DNA of 64,000 nt, from positions 192,001-256,000 of the forward strand of contig CALSNU010000006.1 in assembly GCA_943787795.1 (NCBI GenBank). Reading direction: 5' to 3'. This document shows, one piece after another, positions 18,443 to 29,435 of the stretch. The stretch comes from an uncultured bacterium. Lineage in GTDB: Bacteria > Planctomycetota > UBA1135 > GCA-002686595. The notes beneath the pieces are model-generated. The model did no database searches and was not told where the DNA came from. It saw only the letters and a list, made by a program, of their open reading frames with translations. Position 1 is the first letter of the stretch; each line of letters begins with the position of its first letter. A program made the position numbers and the translations under genes.

Positions 18443-19621
18443 GTGAATCGATCCAAGCCCCCCAAATCCAAGATCCCCACCCGTGGGATCAACAACAACG
18501 ACGGAACCCTCGCGGGTCGCGAGAAGGCGATCACCGCCGCCGTCGGTGAGATTGAGAAGAGCTACGGCGTCGGCTCAATCATGCGCCTCGGCGCCCAGGG
18601 CGACCTGATGCGGAAGATCGAGGGCATCTCGACGGGCTCCATCAACCTGGACCTCGCTCTCGGCGGAAAGGGGCTGCCGAAGGGCCGCATCGTCGAGATC
18701 TACGGACCGGAGAGCTCGGGTAAGACCACCCTGACCCTGCACACCATCGCCGAGGCGCAGAAGCAGGGAGGCGTTTGCGCCTTCGTGGACGCCGAGCACG
18801 CTCTCGATCCCTCGTACGCCCGAAAGCTCGGGGTGAAGCTCGAGGACCTACTCGTCAGCCAGCCCGACACGGGCGAGCAAGCGCTCGAGATCGTCGAGAC
18901 CCTGGTCCGCTCGAACGCGGTGGACATCGTCGTGATCGACTCGGTCGCGGCGCTGGTTCCTCGCGCCGAGATCGAGGGCGAGATGGGCGACAGCTTTGTC
19001 GGACTCCACGCCAGGCTGATGAGCCAGGGCTTGCGCAAGCTCACGGGCGCCATCGCCAAGTCGAACTGCCTCGTGCTGTTCATCAACCAGATCCGAGAGA
19101 AGATCGGTGTGATGTTCGGTAGCCCCGAGACGACCACGGGCGGACGCGCGCTCAAGTTCTATTCGTCCGTTCGCCTTGATATCCGACGGATCGGACAGCT
19201 CAAGGATGGTGAGAACGTCGTGGGCAACCGCACCAAGGTGACGGTGGTCAAGAACAAGGTCGCTCCGCCCTTCCGCAAGATCGAGTTCGACATCCTCTTC
19301 AATCGAGGCGTGTCCAAGGAAGGAGAGCTCCTCGACCTCGGGATGAAGGCCGACGTGGTCCTTCGGTCGGGTACGTGGTACTCCATGAAGCACCCCTCGG
19401 ACGGTGAGATCCGGCTGGGCCAGGGAATGGAGCGGAGCCGTCAGTTCCTGATGGATAACCCGGATCTCGCAGCCGTGATCGAGGAGGCCATCCGCGCCAA
19501 GTTTGCGCCTGCCCCCGAGGTGGAGGCTGAGACCGAGCCCGAGGCCACCGCGGACCCCGCCCCGGCGGAGCCGGCGCCGCCGAAGAAGAAGGGCGCAGGC
19601 GCCGCTTCAGCCTCCAAGTAG
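18443..19621 (+). CDS. recA: Recombinase A
   Basis: GPESSGKTT Walker [35 protein letters not shown] 18443 follows an AGGAG RBS; alternative start 18407. Confidence 0.99.
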   Translation: MNRSKPPKSKIPTRGINNNDGTLAGREKAITAAVGEIEKSYGVGSIMRLGAQGDLMRKIEGISTGSINLDLALGGKGLPKGRIVEIYGPESSGKTTLTLHTIAEAQKQGGVCAFVDAEHALDPSYARKLGVKLEDLLVSQPDTGEQALEIVETLVRSNAVDIVVIDSVAALVPRAEIEGEMGDSFVGLHARLMSQGLRKLTGAIAKSNCLVLFINQIREKIGVMFGSPETTTGGRALKFYSSVRLDIRRIGQLKDGENVVGNRTKVTVVKNKVAPPFRKIEFDILFNRGVSKEGELLDLGMKADVVLRSGTWYSMKHPSDGEIRLGQGMERSRQFLMDNPDLAAVIEEAIRAKFAPAPEVEAETEPEATADPAPAEPAPPKKKGAGAASASK

Positions 19622-19800
19622 GGGCCGATCCCGGCTCGTGGGGAAGCGCGTTGGCCATCATCGGCCAGCGCGCTTTCTCTGCGTTAGGCCGGCCCGTGGC
19701 GGTCCTTGAGCACTCGCATGCCTTGGGGATTTTACCTCCCTGCCGGACCGGCTCGGCGACAGGGCTCTGGCCTGCCCAGCGGCCGGGGCTGCTGGCACCA

Positions 19801-19892
19801 CGGCGTCCGGGCCCGTGCTTGGTCGGCGTCCGGGTCCATGTCTCTTAGGCGTCCGGGTCGCCGCCTGGTCGGCGAGCGGGTCCGTGCGCGGT
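19801..19892. repeat. Four imperfect 23-bp tandem repeats in the recA-alaS intergenic region
   Basis: cggcgtccgggcccgtgcttggt / cggcgtccgggtccatgtctctt / aggcgtccgggtcgccgcctggt / cggcgagcgggtccgtgcgcggt. Confidence 0.7.
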
Positions 19893-20610
19893 CGGCAACC
19901 GAAGCGGCGCGTCGAGCGGGGCCAGCCGGCCGCTGCGCGGTGGCGTCCCGAAGGGCGCCGGGGCGAAAGGCGCTTGCCCCTCCAGGCACTGCAGGCCGGC
20001 CCATGAGCCCGTCATGACGTTCGAAGCCTCGGGGGACCACCCGACGGCCCCTGGTCTCAGGGGCGAAGGGTAGAGGCCAAGCCCCTTGCGGCGCCTCGGT
20101 AGAGCGGACAACGCCCCTTGTCATGGGCATCGGCCGGAACGGCCCTAGCCACGCCCTGGCCCGGTAAGCACCGCCACGGCAAGTGGCGAGGACGGGCGAC
20201 CGTGCCCCTTCGAGCCGCTCGTGGCCTCCCGCCAAGTCAGCCCCACGTCGAGCCGTTGGATGCGGTCGCGGGGGGGGGCAGGCGAGCATGCGCGAGGTGG
20301 CGGGGCGGCGCCGGTTGGGCAGAACACGCTGGAGAGGGGCAGGGGCCCCCGGGCCCGCGGGCGCAAGACACGGCCCAGCTGCCCGTCACCGCGGCCGAGT
20401 GACGGATCTGGCCAGGTGTCGTCAGACCGTGAACGTGCCTCTTCGCGCCACGGCGCGGGGATTCTGGCCCCTGGGGACCATTCAGGCAGGGAACCGCTCC
20501 CGAGGCTCGCTATGATCCCGGGCTTCGAAACGTCTTGCTCCCCGGCCCACTTCTTCTCGACCCGCAGCCAGCGGTTGCGGCGCCCTGATCCCATGAGTTC
20601 TGGCGACGTC

Positions 20611-23307
20611 ATGTCCTTCACTGCCGCGCGCGTCCGTAAAGAGTTCCTCGAGTTCTTCGAGGAGCGAGGTCATCGAGTGGTGCCGTCGGCTCCCGTCTTC
20701 CCCCAGGACGATCCCACCCTGCTCTTCACGAACGCAGGGATGAACCAGTTCAAGGACGTCTTTCTCGGCACCGGGTCCAGGAAGTACAGCCGAGCGGTGG
20801 ACACTCAGAAGTGCATTCGCGTGCAAGGCAAGCACAACGACCTCGAGGAGGTGGGACGCGACACGTACCACCACACGTTCTTCGAGATGCTCGGGAACTG
20901 GTCCTTTGGAGACTACTTCAAAGAGGACGCCATCCAGTGGTCGTGGACACTGCTGACCGAGGTGTGGGGGCTACCCAAGGACCGCCTGTGGGTCACGGTC
21001 TTCGCCGGGGACGCCTCGGATGGGCTGCCCGCCGACGAGGAGACGGAGCGCATCTGGAAGGAAAAGACGGACATCGACCCCGCCCACGTCCTGCGGTTTG
21101 ATCGCACCGACAACTTCTGGGAGATGGGGGAGACGGGGCCCTGTGGGCCCTGCACCGAGATCCACATCGACCGGGGTGGCCCCGAGACTGACCCCAACGA
21201 CGGGGCGGACCTCGCGGAGGGCGTCAACGCAGGCAACGAGCGCTTCATCGAGCTCTGGAACAACGTGTTCATCCAGTTCAATCGCCAGGACGACGGGAGC
21301 CTGGTGGAATTGCCGTCCAAGCACGTGGACACGGGCATGGGCTTCGAGCGAGTCCTCGCCGTGCTGCAGGGCAAGTCCTCCAACTACGACACCGACCTCT
21401 TCACGCCGATCTTCGAGGCCATCGAGCAGGCCACCGGCAAGACCTACGGGCGGAGCTTCGACGGCGAGGCCGATGTGGCCTTCCGGGTATGCGCGGACCA
21501 TGTCCGGGCGTTCACCGCCGCGGTCGCGGACGGGGTCGCGCCGAGCAACGAGGGACGCGGCTACGTGCTTCGCCGCCTCGTCCGGCGCGCAAGCCGCTAC
21601 GGCCTCCAGCACCTGGACGCGAGGGAGCCCTTCCTGCACGCGGTGGTCCCGGCCGTGGTCGAGGTGCTCGGGGACTCATTCCCCGAGATGCGGACACGGC
21701 TGGAGCACGTCCAGCTCGTGATGCGAACCGAGGAGGAGTCCTTCCGCAAGACGCTGGATCGAGGCCTCGTCCAGTTCGAGAAGCTCAAGAAGTCCACCGC
21801 GGGTGACGTCATCAATGGAGCCGACGCGTACGAGCTCTACGCCACGTTCGGCTTCCCCCAGGACCTCGTCGAGCTGATGGCCCGCGAGAACGGGCTCAGC
21901 GTGGACGGCGACGGGTGGGAGTCCGCTCGGGCGGCCCACAGTGAGGTCTCCAAGAGCGAGGGGAGCTTCAAGCAGATCCTCTCCGGCGAGGAAGCCGCCG
22001 GCATCGACGGGACTCGGACCGTGTACCACGAGGACGCGGGTGGCCGGACGCAGAGCGAGGGCAAGGTCCTGCGCTTCATCCCGGGCTCCGACGGTCGCGC
22101 CGACCGGCTGGTTCTGGACTGCACCGCCTTCTACGGGGAGTCGGGCGGCCAGGTCGGCGACTCGGGCATCATCGAATCCCAGGACGGCACCTTCCGTTTC
22201 GTCGTGGAGGACACCCGGAAGATCGGCGACATCCACGTTCACTTTGGCACCACCGACGGCGCGCCCGAGGTCGGCAAGGGGGCCATCTGCCTTGTGGACG
22301 CCGAGCGCCGGGCTTCCATCCGCGCCAACCACACGGCGACGCACCTCTTGCACCAGGCCCTGAGGGAGACCCTCGGCGACCACGTGGCCCAGGCCGGCTC
22401 GTATGTGGGGCCTGACAGGCTCCGGTTCGACATCAGCCACCCCACCCAGATCACGGATGAGGAGGTGCTGCGCGTTGAGGATGCCGTGAACGAGCACATC
22501 GCGCGGAATCTCCGGGTGAGCACCACGGAGGAGACCCCCGATGAGGCCAAGGCGCGTGGCGCGCAGGCTTTGTTCGGTGAGAAGTACGGGGACGTCGTGC
22601 GCGTGGTCGCCATCGACGGCGACGAGGCGCAACGGCCCTCGTCCCTCGAGCTGTGCGGGGGGACTCACGTGGAGAGCACCGGCGAGATCGGCCCCTTCAT
22701 CGTGATTTCAGAGCGCGCCGTCGCTGCCGGGGTCAGGCGCATCGAGGCTCTGACCCGCCAGGGTGCGATCGCCGCGTTCCAGGAGCAGCGCCGCCTCCTG
22801 AAGGAGGTTTCGAGTCAGCTCAAGGCGTCGGTGGAGGAGATCCCTGGCCGGGTCGCCCAGCTCCAGAAGCAGGTCAAGGAGGCCAAGAAGCAGAAGAAGT
22901 CCGCCTCCGGCGACGCCGTCGGACGGGCCTTCGAGCGGGTCCAGGCTGAATTTGAATCCCGTGGCGGGGTCTTCGCCGGGGCCATGGACCTTGCGGACCT
23001 CGACCGAGACTCGTTGAGGCTCCTCGGAGACCGCGTCAAGGGCGCCCACCGGGATCACGCCGTGGTGCTCCTGGGCCGCGGCGAGCCCGGCGTCGACAGC
23101 AGCGGCATCCCCTTTGTGGCCCTCTGCGGGGGTCAGGGGCTCGAGAAGGGGCTCAAGGCCGGTCAGCTGGCGGGCCTGGTGCGAGGGCACCTTGGCGGTG
23201 GGGGCGGCGGCCGACCGGAGACCGCCCAGGGTCAGGGCGAGCGCGCATCTGGTATCCCTGCGGCCATCCAGGAGCTGGTCGAGGCCTTCTCGGCGGCCCT
23301 CCGGTGA
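20611..23307 (+). CDS. alaS: Alanine--tRNA ligase
   Basis: DPTLLFTNAGMNQFK, HHTFFEMLGNWSFGDYFK, HTATHLLH, ELCGGTH and GGGGGGR (DHHA1). Start 20593 or 20611. Confidence 0.99.
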   Translation: MSFTAARVRKEFLEFFEERGHRVVPSAPVFPQDDPTLLFTNAGMNQFKDVFLGTGSRKYSRAVDTQKCIRVQGKHNDLEEVGRDTYHHTFFEMLGNWSFGDYFKEDAIQWSWTLLTEVWGLPKDRLWVTVFAGDASDGLPADEETERIWKEKTDIDPAHVLRFDRTDNFWEMGETGPCGPCTEIHIDRGGPETDPNDGADLAEGVNAGNERFIELWNNVFIQFNRQDDGSLVELPSKHVDTGMGFERVLAVLQGKSSNYDTDLFTPIFEAIEQATGKTYGRSFDGEADVAFRVCADHVRAFTAAVADGVAPSNEGRGYVLRRLVRRASRYGLQHLDAREPFLHAVVPAVVEVLGDSFPEMRTRLEHVQLVMRTEEESFRKTLDRGLVQFEKLKKSTAGDVINGADAYELYATFGFPQDLVELMARENGLSVDGDGWESARAAHSEVSKSEGSFKQILSGEEAAGIDGTRTVYHEDAGGRTQSEGKVLRFIPGSDGRADRLVLDCTAFYGESGGQVGDSGIIESQDGTFRFVVEDTRKIGDIHVHFGTTDGAPEVGKGAICLVDAERRASIRANHTATHLLHQALRETLGDHVAQAGSYVGPDRLRFDISHPTQITDEEVLRVEDAVNEHIARNLRVSTTEETPDEAKARGAQALFGEKYGDVVRVVAIDGDEAQRPSSLELCGGTHVESTGEIGPFIVISERAVAAGVRRIEALTRQGAIAAFQEQRRLLKEVSSQLKASVEEIPGRVAQLQKQVKEAKKQKKSASGDAVGRAFERVQAEFESRGGVFAGAMDLADLDRDSLRLLGDRVKGAHRDHAVVLLGRGEPGVDSSGIPFVALCGGQGLEKGLKAGQLAGLVRGHLGGGGGGRPETAQGQGERASGIPAAIQELVEAFSAALR

Positions 23308-23455
23308 ACCCCGGCCGGGCGTCAAACAGACGCCAGGGCAGATTCTTTCCCCAGGCGTGGGCCCAGGGGTTGGACCCGCGGACCCTCAGCCGATAACATT
23401 TTCCGCTCGGATCGCCGATCGGCGCCCCGGATCAAAGCACGCTCAACACCCGAAG

Positions 23456-23665
23456 ATGGCACACCCCAAGCGCAGGACCTCGAAGTCCGCCAAGAACAAG
23501 CGTCGGTCTCACCTGTCGCTCAACGCCCCTCAGGCACACCACTGCCCGAGGTCCGGCGTCCTCACTCGCTCACATCGCATGAGCGAGGACGCGACCCACT
23601 ACGGGTTCGAGAAGGGCGGACAGAAGGGCCGCGAGGTCTTCCAGAAGGACGACTCGGACTTCTGA
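23456..23665 (+). CDS. rpmF: 50S ribosomal protein L32
   Basis: MAHPKRRTSKSAKNKRRSH...; canonical position before plsX. Confidence 0.95.
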   Translation: MAHPKRRTSKSAKNKRRSHLSLNAPQAHHCPRSGVLTRSHRMSEDATHYGFEKGGQKGREVFQKDDSDF

Positions 23666-23809
23666 TCCGATCGGCGGGGTGCGCGGCCTTTGCCCGGTCC
23701 CGTGAACTCCGCGCGCGATGACCCTGCTGACGGTTCGCCTAAGGCGCCGGCAGAGAGGTTTAGCGTAGCTGCTCACCTGCTCACCCGCTCTTCCGGTCCC
23801 GAACGGCCC

Positions 23810-24811
23810 ATGGATCAACCTGATCGAATCGCGCTGGACGCCATGGGGGGCGACTCCGCCCCGGCGTGCAACCTGGACGGCGCACTGCTGGCCGTCGAGC
23901 GTGGCGTGCCCGCCGAGCGCATCCTCTTGGTGGGACGCGAGGACGAGATCCGCGCCGGCCTGGAGGAGCGTGGGGGGAACCCTGGATTCGCAACTCTCCA
24001 TGCGGACGAGGTGATCGCGATGGATGAGAAGCCGGCCGTGGCGCTGCGCTCCAAGCCGGGTTCATCCATCGGCGTCGCCACCGGGGCCGTCAAGGCCGGA
24101 TTGGCGGGCGCTCACGTCAGCATGGGGAACACCGGGGCGGTGGTGGGCGCGGCGACGGTGGGTCTCAAGACCCTCGAGGGCGTGCGGCGTCCGGGAATCG
24201 CCGTCACGGTGCGCCTCACGGGCAAGCCGGTCACCATCCTGGACATGGGGGCCAACGTGGTCCCCAAGCCAGAGCACCTGCTCCAGTACGGCCACATGGG
24301 CGCGGTCCTCATGCGCGATGTGGTGAAGAGTGAGCGCACCCGGGTCGCCCTCCTGAACATCGGCGAGGAGTCTTCAAAGGGCACCGACCTGCTCCGTGAG
24401 GCCCACGCCGCCCTGAGCGAGTCCGACCTCGACTTCATCGGGAACATCGAGAGCAACGAGATCTTCGGCGACACCGCCGAGGTCGTCGTGACGGACGGCT
24501 ATACCGGCAACGTGGTCCTGAAGCTGATGGAGGGCTTCTCCAGCTTCCTCCTCGGGCTGGTCGGGCGCGAGATGGCCGCCCACGGCGCCGAGTGGGCCCC
24601 CGAGGTCCTCGGCACAGTGCGCAAGAAGGTGGACTACTCGGAGTACGGTGGCGCCCTGCTCCTCGGCGTCCGTGGCGTCGTGGTGATTGGGCATGGGCGC
24701 TCGGACGCCCGCGCCGTCTCCAATGCCATCGAGCTTGCTGGCCGAGCGCTCGACGCTGACGTCAACGGAAAGATCGTTCAGGGTCTCTCCGATCGCGCGC
24801 CGTCGACCTGA
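23810..24811 (+). CDS. plsX: Phosphate acyltransferase
   Basis: IALDAMGGD, GNTGA, LDMGAN, LLNIGEESSKG, VVTDGYTGNVVLK and GGALLLG motifs. Confidence 0.97.
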   Translation: MDQPDRIALDAMGGDSAPACNLDGALLAVERGVPAERILLVGREDEIRAGLEERGGNPGFATLHADEVIAMDEKPAVALRSKPGSSIGVATGAVKAGLAGAHVSMGNTGAVVGAATVGLKTLEGVRRPGIAVTVRLTGKPVTILDMGANVVPKPEHLLQYGHMGAVLMRDVVKSERTRVALLNIGEESSKGTDLLREAHAALSESDLDFIGNIESNEIFGDTAEVVVTDGYTGNVVLKLMEGFSSFLLGLVGREMAAHGAEWAPEVLGTVRKKVDYSEYGGALLLGVRGVVVIGHGRSDARAVSNAIELAGRALDADVNGKIVQGLSDRAPST

Positions 24812-24920
24812 TTGCGACCAGTAGCGGCGGCTGGCCGTTGATCACGGGGCCCTCGTTTCCGATCATCTGGCTCCCCCGGCGCGGATCGCGCCCCGAGCTC
24901 CTTCCTTATCCCCAATCAGT

Positions 24921-25910
24921 ATGTCCAGCATCGTTCGAGTCGGAATCGCTGGCACCGGCCACTCGACCCCCCCGAGGGTCGTCACCAACGACGACCTCGC
25001 CGAGGTCGTGGACACCAGCGACGAATGGATCACCCAGCGCACGGGCATCCGCGAGCGGCGGCACGTGGACGAGGGGACCAACTGCTCCACCCTGTGCACC
25101 GAGGCCGCCCAGCGGGCCCTTGAGGACGCCGGAGTCGAAGCCAAGGACATCGACCTCATCGTGGTCGGGTCACTGACCCAGGACCACCTGATGCCGTCCA
25201 CGGCGGTCCTCATTCAGCGCAACCTCGGCTGCGAGAACGCCGGAGCCTTTGATGTGCTGGCAGCCTGCACGGGGTTCATCACAGCTCTGCAGACCGCCGA
25301 GGCGTTCGTCGCCGCCGGCAGGGCCAAGAACGTGCTCGCCATCGGCGGCGAGACGCTCTCACGCTACCTCGACATGTCGGATCGAACCTCCTGCATCCTC
25401 TTCGGCGACGGCGCCGGGGCGGCGGTCATCCAACCGCTGGAGGACTGCCAGCAGGGCGAGCTGCTGCGCCACGAACTCGGCGCCGACGGTTCGGGCTACG
25501 AGTTCATCCACATCCCTGAGGGCGGCGCTGCCCGCCCGCACAACCACCCCGACTACGACAAGTCCAACCACTTCATCCGCGTCAAGGGCCGCGAGGTCTA
25601 CCGGTTCGCCGTGACAAAGATGTCCGAGCTCATCCGCGAGGCCGCCGCCGCAACCGAGACCGGTGAGGTTGACCTGGTCATCCCGCACCAGGTCAACATG
25701 CGGATCATTGAAGGCGCGCGGGAGCGTCTGGATTGGCCGATCGAGAAGTTCTTTGTGAACATCCAGAAGTACGGCAACACCTCCGCCGCCAGCGTCCCGA
25801 TCGCCCTCGACGAGGCGGCCCGTTCCGGGCAGCTCAAGAAGGGCGACACGGTTGTGCTCGTGGCCTTTGGGGCCGGGCTGACCTGGGGCGCCACCACACT
25901 CCGCTGGTGA
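24921..25910 (+). CDS. fabH: 3-oxoacyl-ACP synthase III
   Basis: DTSDEWITQRTGI, AACTGF, PHQVN and GNTSAAS. Confidence 0.97.
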   Translation: MSSIVRVGIAGTGHSTPPRVVTNDDLAEVVDTSDEWITQRTGIRERRHVDEGTNCSTLCTEAAQRALEDAGVEAKDIDLIVVGSLTQDHLMPSTAVLIQRNLGCENAGAFDVLAACTGFITALQTAEAFVAAGRAKNVLAIGGETLSRYLDMSDRTSCILFGDGAGAAVIQPLEDCQQGELLRHELGADGSGYEFIHIPEGGAARPHNHPDYDKSNHFIRVKGREVYRFAVTKMSELIREAAAATETGEVDLVIPHQVNMRIIEGARERLDWPIEKFFVNIQKYGNTSAASVPIALDEAARSGQLKKGDTVVLVAFGAGLTWGATTLRW

Positions 25911-25927
25911 GCCGAGGAGCACCGACC

Positions 25928-26872
25928 ATGAACACCCTCCCGATTCTCTTCCCTGGCCAAGGGGCCCAGGCCCGCGGCATGGGCCGCGACTTCGCCGAGG
26001 CCTTCCCCGAGGCCGCCGAGACCTGGGCCGAGGCGGACGCCGCCCTCGGCTTCAGCCTTCGAGACGCTTGCTGGGAGGCGGAGGACGAGGTCAACCGCAC
26101 CGATATCGCGCAGCCCGGCATCTTCACCGCAGGCGTGGCGGCGATTCGCGTCCTCCAGGCCCGCGGGCTCGAGCTCTCCACCGCGCCCTTCATGGCGGGC
26201 CTCTCCCTGGGCGAATACACGGCCCACTGGGCGGCGGGGACCTTTAGCTTTGAGGACGGGCTGCGATTGGTGCGGCTTCGCGGTGAAGCGATGCAGGACG
26301 CCTCTGAGGTGAACCCGAGCGGAATGGCCAGCCTGATGGGGGCTACGCCGGAGCAGGCGGAGGCCCTCGCGGCCGTCGGCGCAGAGCACGGCGTCTGTCA
26401 GGTCGCCAACCTCAACGCCCCGGGCCAGATCGTCATCTCCGGGGCCTTCCCCGCCCTCGATGCCGTCGAGGCCTGCTCGAAGGACCATGGGGTTCGACGG
26501 GTCCGGCGCCTCGTGGTGGCCGGCGGATTCCACAGTGAGTGCATGCGTCCGGCGGCAGACCGCCTGGCCGAAGCGCTGGCGGAGACCACGATCTGCGACC
26601 CGACGGTCCCGGTGATCTCCAATGTCACCGCGGCTCCCGTGGCCTCAGCGGACGAGGTCAAGGCGACCCTGGCCACCCAGGTCTGCGCCCCGGTCCTCTG
26701 GGAGCGCTCCATGCGGCGGGCTCTGGACGAGGGACACCGGCGGTTCCTGGAGCCCGCTCCCGGCACGATCCTGGCCGGGATCCTCCGCAAGATCGACGGG
26801 GACGCCGAGGTGGTCCCCGTGAGCCGACCTGAAGAGGTCGAAGGTGCACTGGCGAGCGTCGGCGCCGCTTGA
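25928..26872 (+). CDS. fabD: Malonyl-CoA:ACP transacylase
   Basis: FPGQGAQ, GLSLGEY and GGFHS. Confidence 0.97.
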   Translation: MNTLPILFPGQGAQARGMGRDFAEAFPEAAETWAEADAALGFSLRDACWEAEDEVNRTDIAQPGIFTAGVAAIRVLQARGLELSTAPFMAGLSLGEYTAHWAAGTFSFEDGLRLVRLRGEAMQDASEVNPSGMASLMGATPEQAEALAAVGAEHGVCQVANLNAPGQIVISGAFPALDAVEACSKDHGVRRVRRLVVAGGFHSECMRPAADRLAEALAETTICDPTVPVISNVTAAPVASADEVKATLATQVCAPVLWERSMRRALDEGHRRFLEPAPGTILAGILRKIDGDAEVVPVSRPEEVEGALASVGAA

Positions 26873-26939
26873 TGCTCCCAGCGCCCCTGGATACCCTCCC
26901 CGTCCAGCATTCGATCCGTCTCCTTTCCGGCAGCCAGCC

Positions 26940-27710
26940 TTGAGCGACCCCACCCAATCCCAGACCGCCAGGCCCCTTGAGGGCAAGGCCGCCCTCGTCA
27001 CGGGTGCCAGCCGCGGCATCGGTCGGGCCATCGCCGTCCACCTCGCCGGGCTCGGCGCCCGCGTCGCTTGCGTGGCCACACGCGTGGAGAACGCGGAACC
27101 GGCGGCCAGCGCCTGCGCGGAGCGGACCGATGGCGCGAGGGCCTACGGGGTCGACGTGTCGAACCACGGCGCCGTCGCGGACCTCGTCAAGCAGGTCGGG
27201 GCGGACCTTGGAGGGATCGACATCCTGGTGAATAACGCCGGGATCACCCGGGACCAGCTGCTCATGCGAATGAGCGAGGACGACTTCGACAGCGTCATCA
27301 ACGTCAACCTCAAGGGCACCTGGAACTTCGTCAAGGCCGCGGCGCGGCCCCTGATGAAGGCCGGAAGCGGGCGCATCATCAACATCGCCTCCGTGGTGGG
27401 GGTCACGGGCAACGCGGGTCAGGCCAACTACGCTGCGAGCAAGGCTGGCGTGATCGGGCTGACACGGTCCGCGGCCAAGGAGCTCAGCGGCCGCGGCGTG
27501 GCCGTCAACGCCATTGCCCCCGGCTTCATCGAGACGGACATGACGTCCGAGATCCCCGAGAATGAGCGCGCCAAGCTCGTGAGCGCCATCCCGCTCTCAC
27601 GCATGGGGGCCAGTGAGGAGATCGCCGCTGCGGTGGGCTTCCTCGCGGGTCCAGGCGGCGCCTACATCACAGGTCAGACCCTGATCGTGGACGGCGGATT
27701 GAGCCTCTAG
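26940..27710 (+). CDS. fabG: 3-oxoacyl-ACP reductase
   Basis: [14 protein letters not shown] and YAASK; TTG start inferred. Confidence 0.96.
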   Translation: MSDPTQSQTARPLEGKAALVTGASRGIGRAIAVHLAGLGARVACVATRVENAEPAASACAERTDGARAYGVDVSNHGAVADLVKQVGADLGGIDILVNNAGITRDQLLMRMSEDDFDSVINVNLKGTWNFVKAAARPLMKAGSGRIINIASVVGVTGNAGQANYAASKAGVIGLTRSAAKELSGRGVAVNAIAPGFIETDMTSEIPENERAKLVSAIPLSRMGASEEIAAAVGFLAGPGGAYITGQTLIVDGGLSL

Positions 27711-27816
27711 CGACCAGGGACACTATCATCCACGGCCGGCCACCGGCCTTTCCACGCAACCTGCCCGTCTCGACTCTCGAGCGGGCGCCCCCCTTCCTCC
27801 CATGGAGAACAGTCAC

Positions 27817-28059
27817 GTGAGCGACACCTCAGTCGACGAAAAGGTCACCAAGATCGTCTGCGACCAGATGGGCACGACCCCGGACAAGATCTCGCTCGAG
27901 ACCTCGTTCATCAACGATCTCGGCGCAGACTCCCTCGATACCGTCGAGCTCGTCATGGAGTTCGAAGATGCCTTCGACATCAACATCCCCGACGAGGACG
28001 CGGAGAAGATCCAGACCGTCGGAGCCGCCGTCGAGTACATCGGCGCCAAGCTTCAGTAG
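27817..28059 (+). CDS. acpP: Acyl carrier protein
   Basis: [17 protein letters not shown] 27817 follows GGAG; alternative ATG 27802. Confidence 0.97.
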   Translation: MSDTSVDEKVTKIVCDQMGTTPDKISLETSFINDLGADSLDTVELVMEFEDAFDINIPDEDAEKIQTVGAAVEYIGAKLQ

Positions 28060-28179
28060 AGCCGTCCCTGCACTGCGAGCGCGCTGCACGGCGCACGCTG
28101 AAGTCTGCCCTGCGAGGGGTTCAGATCAGTCGCAGTTCGTCACCCTCTCGCCCTCGCGGCCGTCCACGGCACCCCATCC

Positions 28180-29424
28180 ATGCGTCGAGTAGTCATCACA
28201 GGCCTCGGGACCGTCAACGCCCTTGGGCTCGACGTCCCGACCTCGTATCCGCGGATCCTCGCGGGCGAGAACGGCGTCACCACCCTGGATCGTTTCGACA
28301 CCACGGGGATCACCGCCACCATCGCGGCTCAGGTGCAGTGGTCCGCAGCGGACTGCGGGTTCGACGTGAAGGACCAGCGCAAGCTGGACCCCTTCACCAT
28401 GTGGGCCCTGATGGCGTCGGACGAGGCGCTGAAGGACGCGGGCTTCGGCGACCTCCGCGAGCACCCCGAGGCTGCGCGCGAGCGCTTTGGCTCGATCGTG
28501 GGCACGGGGATCGGAGGCATCACCGGCGTCCTCGAGCAGCACGACGTCATGCGAGACCGCGGGGCCCGACGGGTCACGCCGCACTTCATCCCGCGGATCA
28601 TGCCCAACGCCGTCAGCGGTCAGGTCGCGATCCGGCACGGACTCATGGGCACGGCGTTCACGACCTCGAGCGCCTGTGCCTCCGCGGGGCATGCGATCGG
28701 AATGGCATGGCGCTCCATCCAATGGGACGAGTGTGACCTCGTGGTGACGGGGGGCGCGGAGTCCGCGATCACACCGCTCTCCATGGCCGGCTTCGCGTCC
28801 GCCAAGGCGCTATCCACGCGCAACGACGCGCCGCACGAGGCGTCACGTCCCTTCGACCTGGATCGGGACGGCTTCGTGATGGGCGAGGGCGCGGGCCTCC
28901 TCGTGCTTGAGGAGTACGAGCACGCGAAGCGCCGCGGGGCGCGGATCTATGCCGAGGTGAAGGGCTACGGCTCCACCGACGACGCGTTCCACATCACCGC
29001 TCCCAAGGAGGACGGGCACGGCCCGGCCAGGGCCATGGGCGACGCGCTGCGCCACGGCGGCGTGGACCCGACCAACGTCCAGTACATCAACGCCCACGGA
29101 ACGAGCACCGCGTACAACGACTCCATCGAGACCACGGCCATCAAGCGGCTGTTTGGAGATCACGCGAGCAGCCTGGCCGTGAACTCCACCAAGTCGATGA
29201 TCGGTCACCTCCTCGGAGCGGCCACGGCCGTGGAGCTGGTGGTGACGGCCAAGGCCATCGCGAACGGCGAGGTCCACCCGACGCGGAACTACACGACGCC
29301 CGACCCTGCCTGCGACCTTGACTACGTGCCCGGAGAGGCCCGCGCGCTCTCCATCGAGAACGCCCTGTGCAACTCGCTGGGATTTGGCGGACATAACGTC
29401 TCGATCCTCATCGGTAAGCTCTGA
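28180..29424 (+). CDS. fabF: 3-oxoacyl-ACP synthase II
   Basis: MRRVVITGLG, SACAS, NAHGTST, KSMIGHLLGA and NSLGFGGHN. Confidence 0.97.
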   Translation: MRRVVITGLGTVNALGLDVPTSYPRILAGENGVTTLDRFDTTGITATIAAQVQWSAADCGFDVKDQRKLDPFTMWALMASDEALKDAGFGDLREHPEAARERFGSIVGTGIGGITGVLEQHDVMRDRGARRVTPHFIPRIMPNAVSGQVAIRHGLMGTAFTTSSACASAGHAIGMAWRSIQWDECDLVVTGGAESAITPLSMAGFASAKALSTRNDAPHEASRPFDLDRDGFVMGEGAGLLVLEEYEHAKRRGARIYAEVKGYGSTDDAFHITAPKEDGHGPARAMGDALRHGGVDPTNVQYINAHGTSTAYNDSIETTAIKRLFGDHASSLAVNSTKSMIGHLLGAATAVELVVTAKAIANGEVHPTRNYTTPDPACDLDYVPGEARALSIENALCNSLGFGGHNVSILIGKL

Positions 29425-29435
29425 GCGACGGACCC

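Noticed and set aside
24921..29424. Type II PKS or other secondary-metabolite cluster
   Set aside because: Canonical rpmF-plsX-fabHDG-acpP-fabF order with no chain-length factor or tailoring genes.
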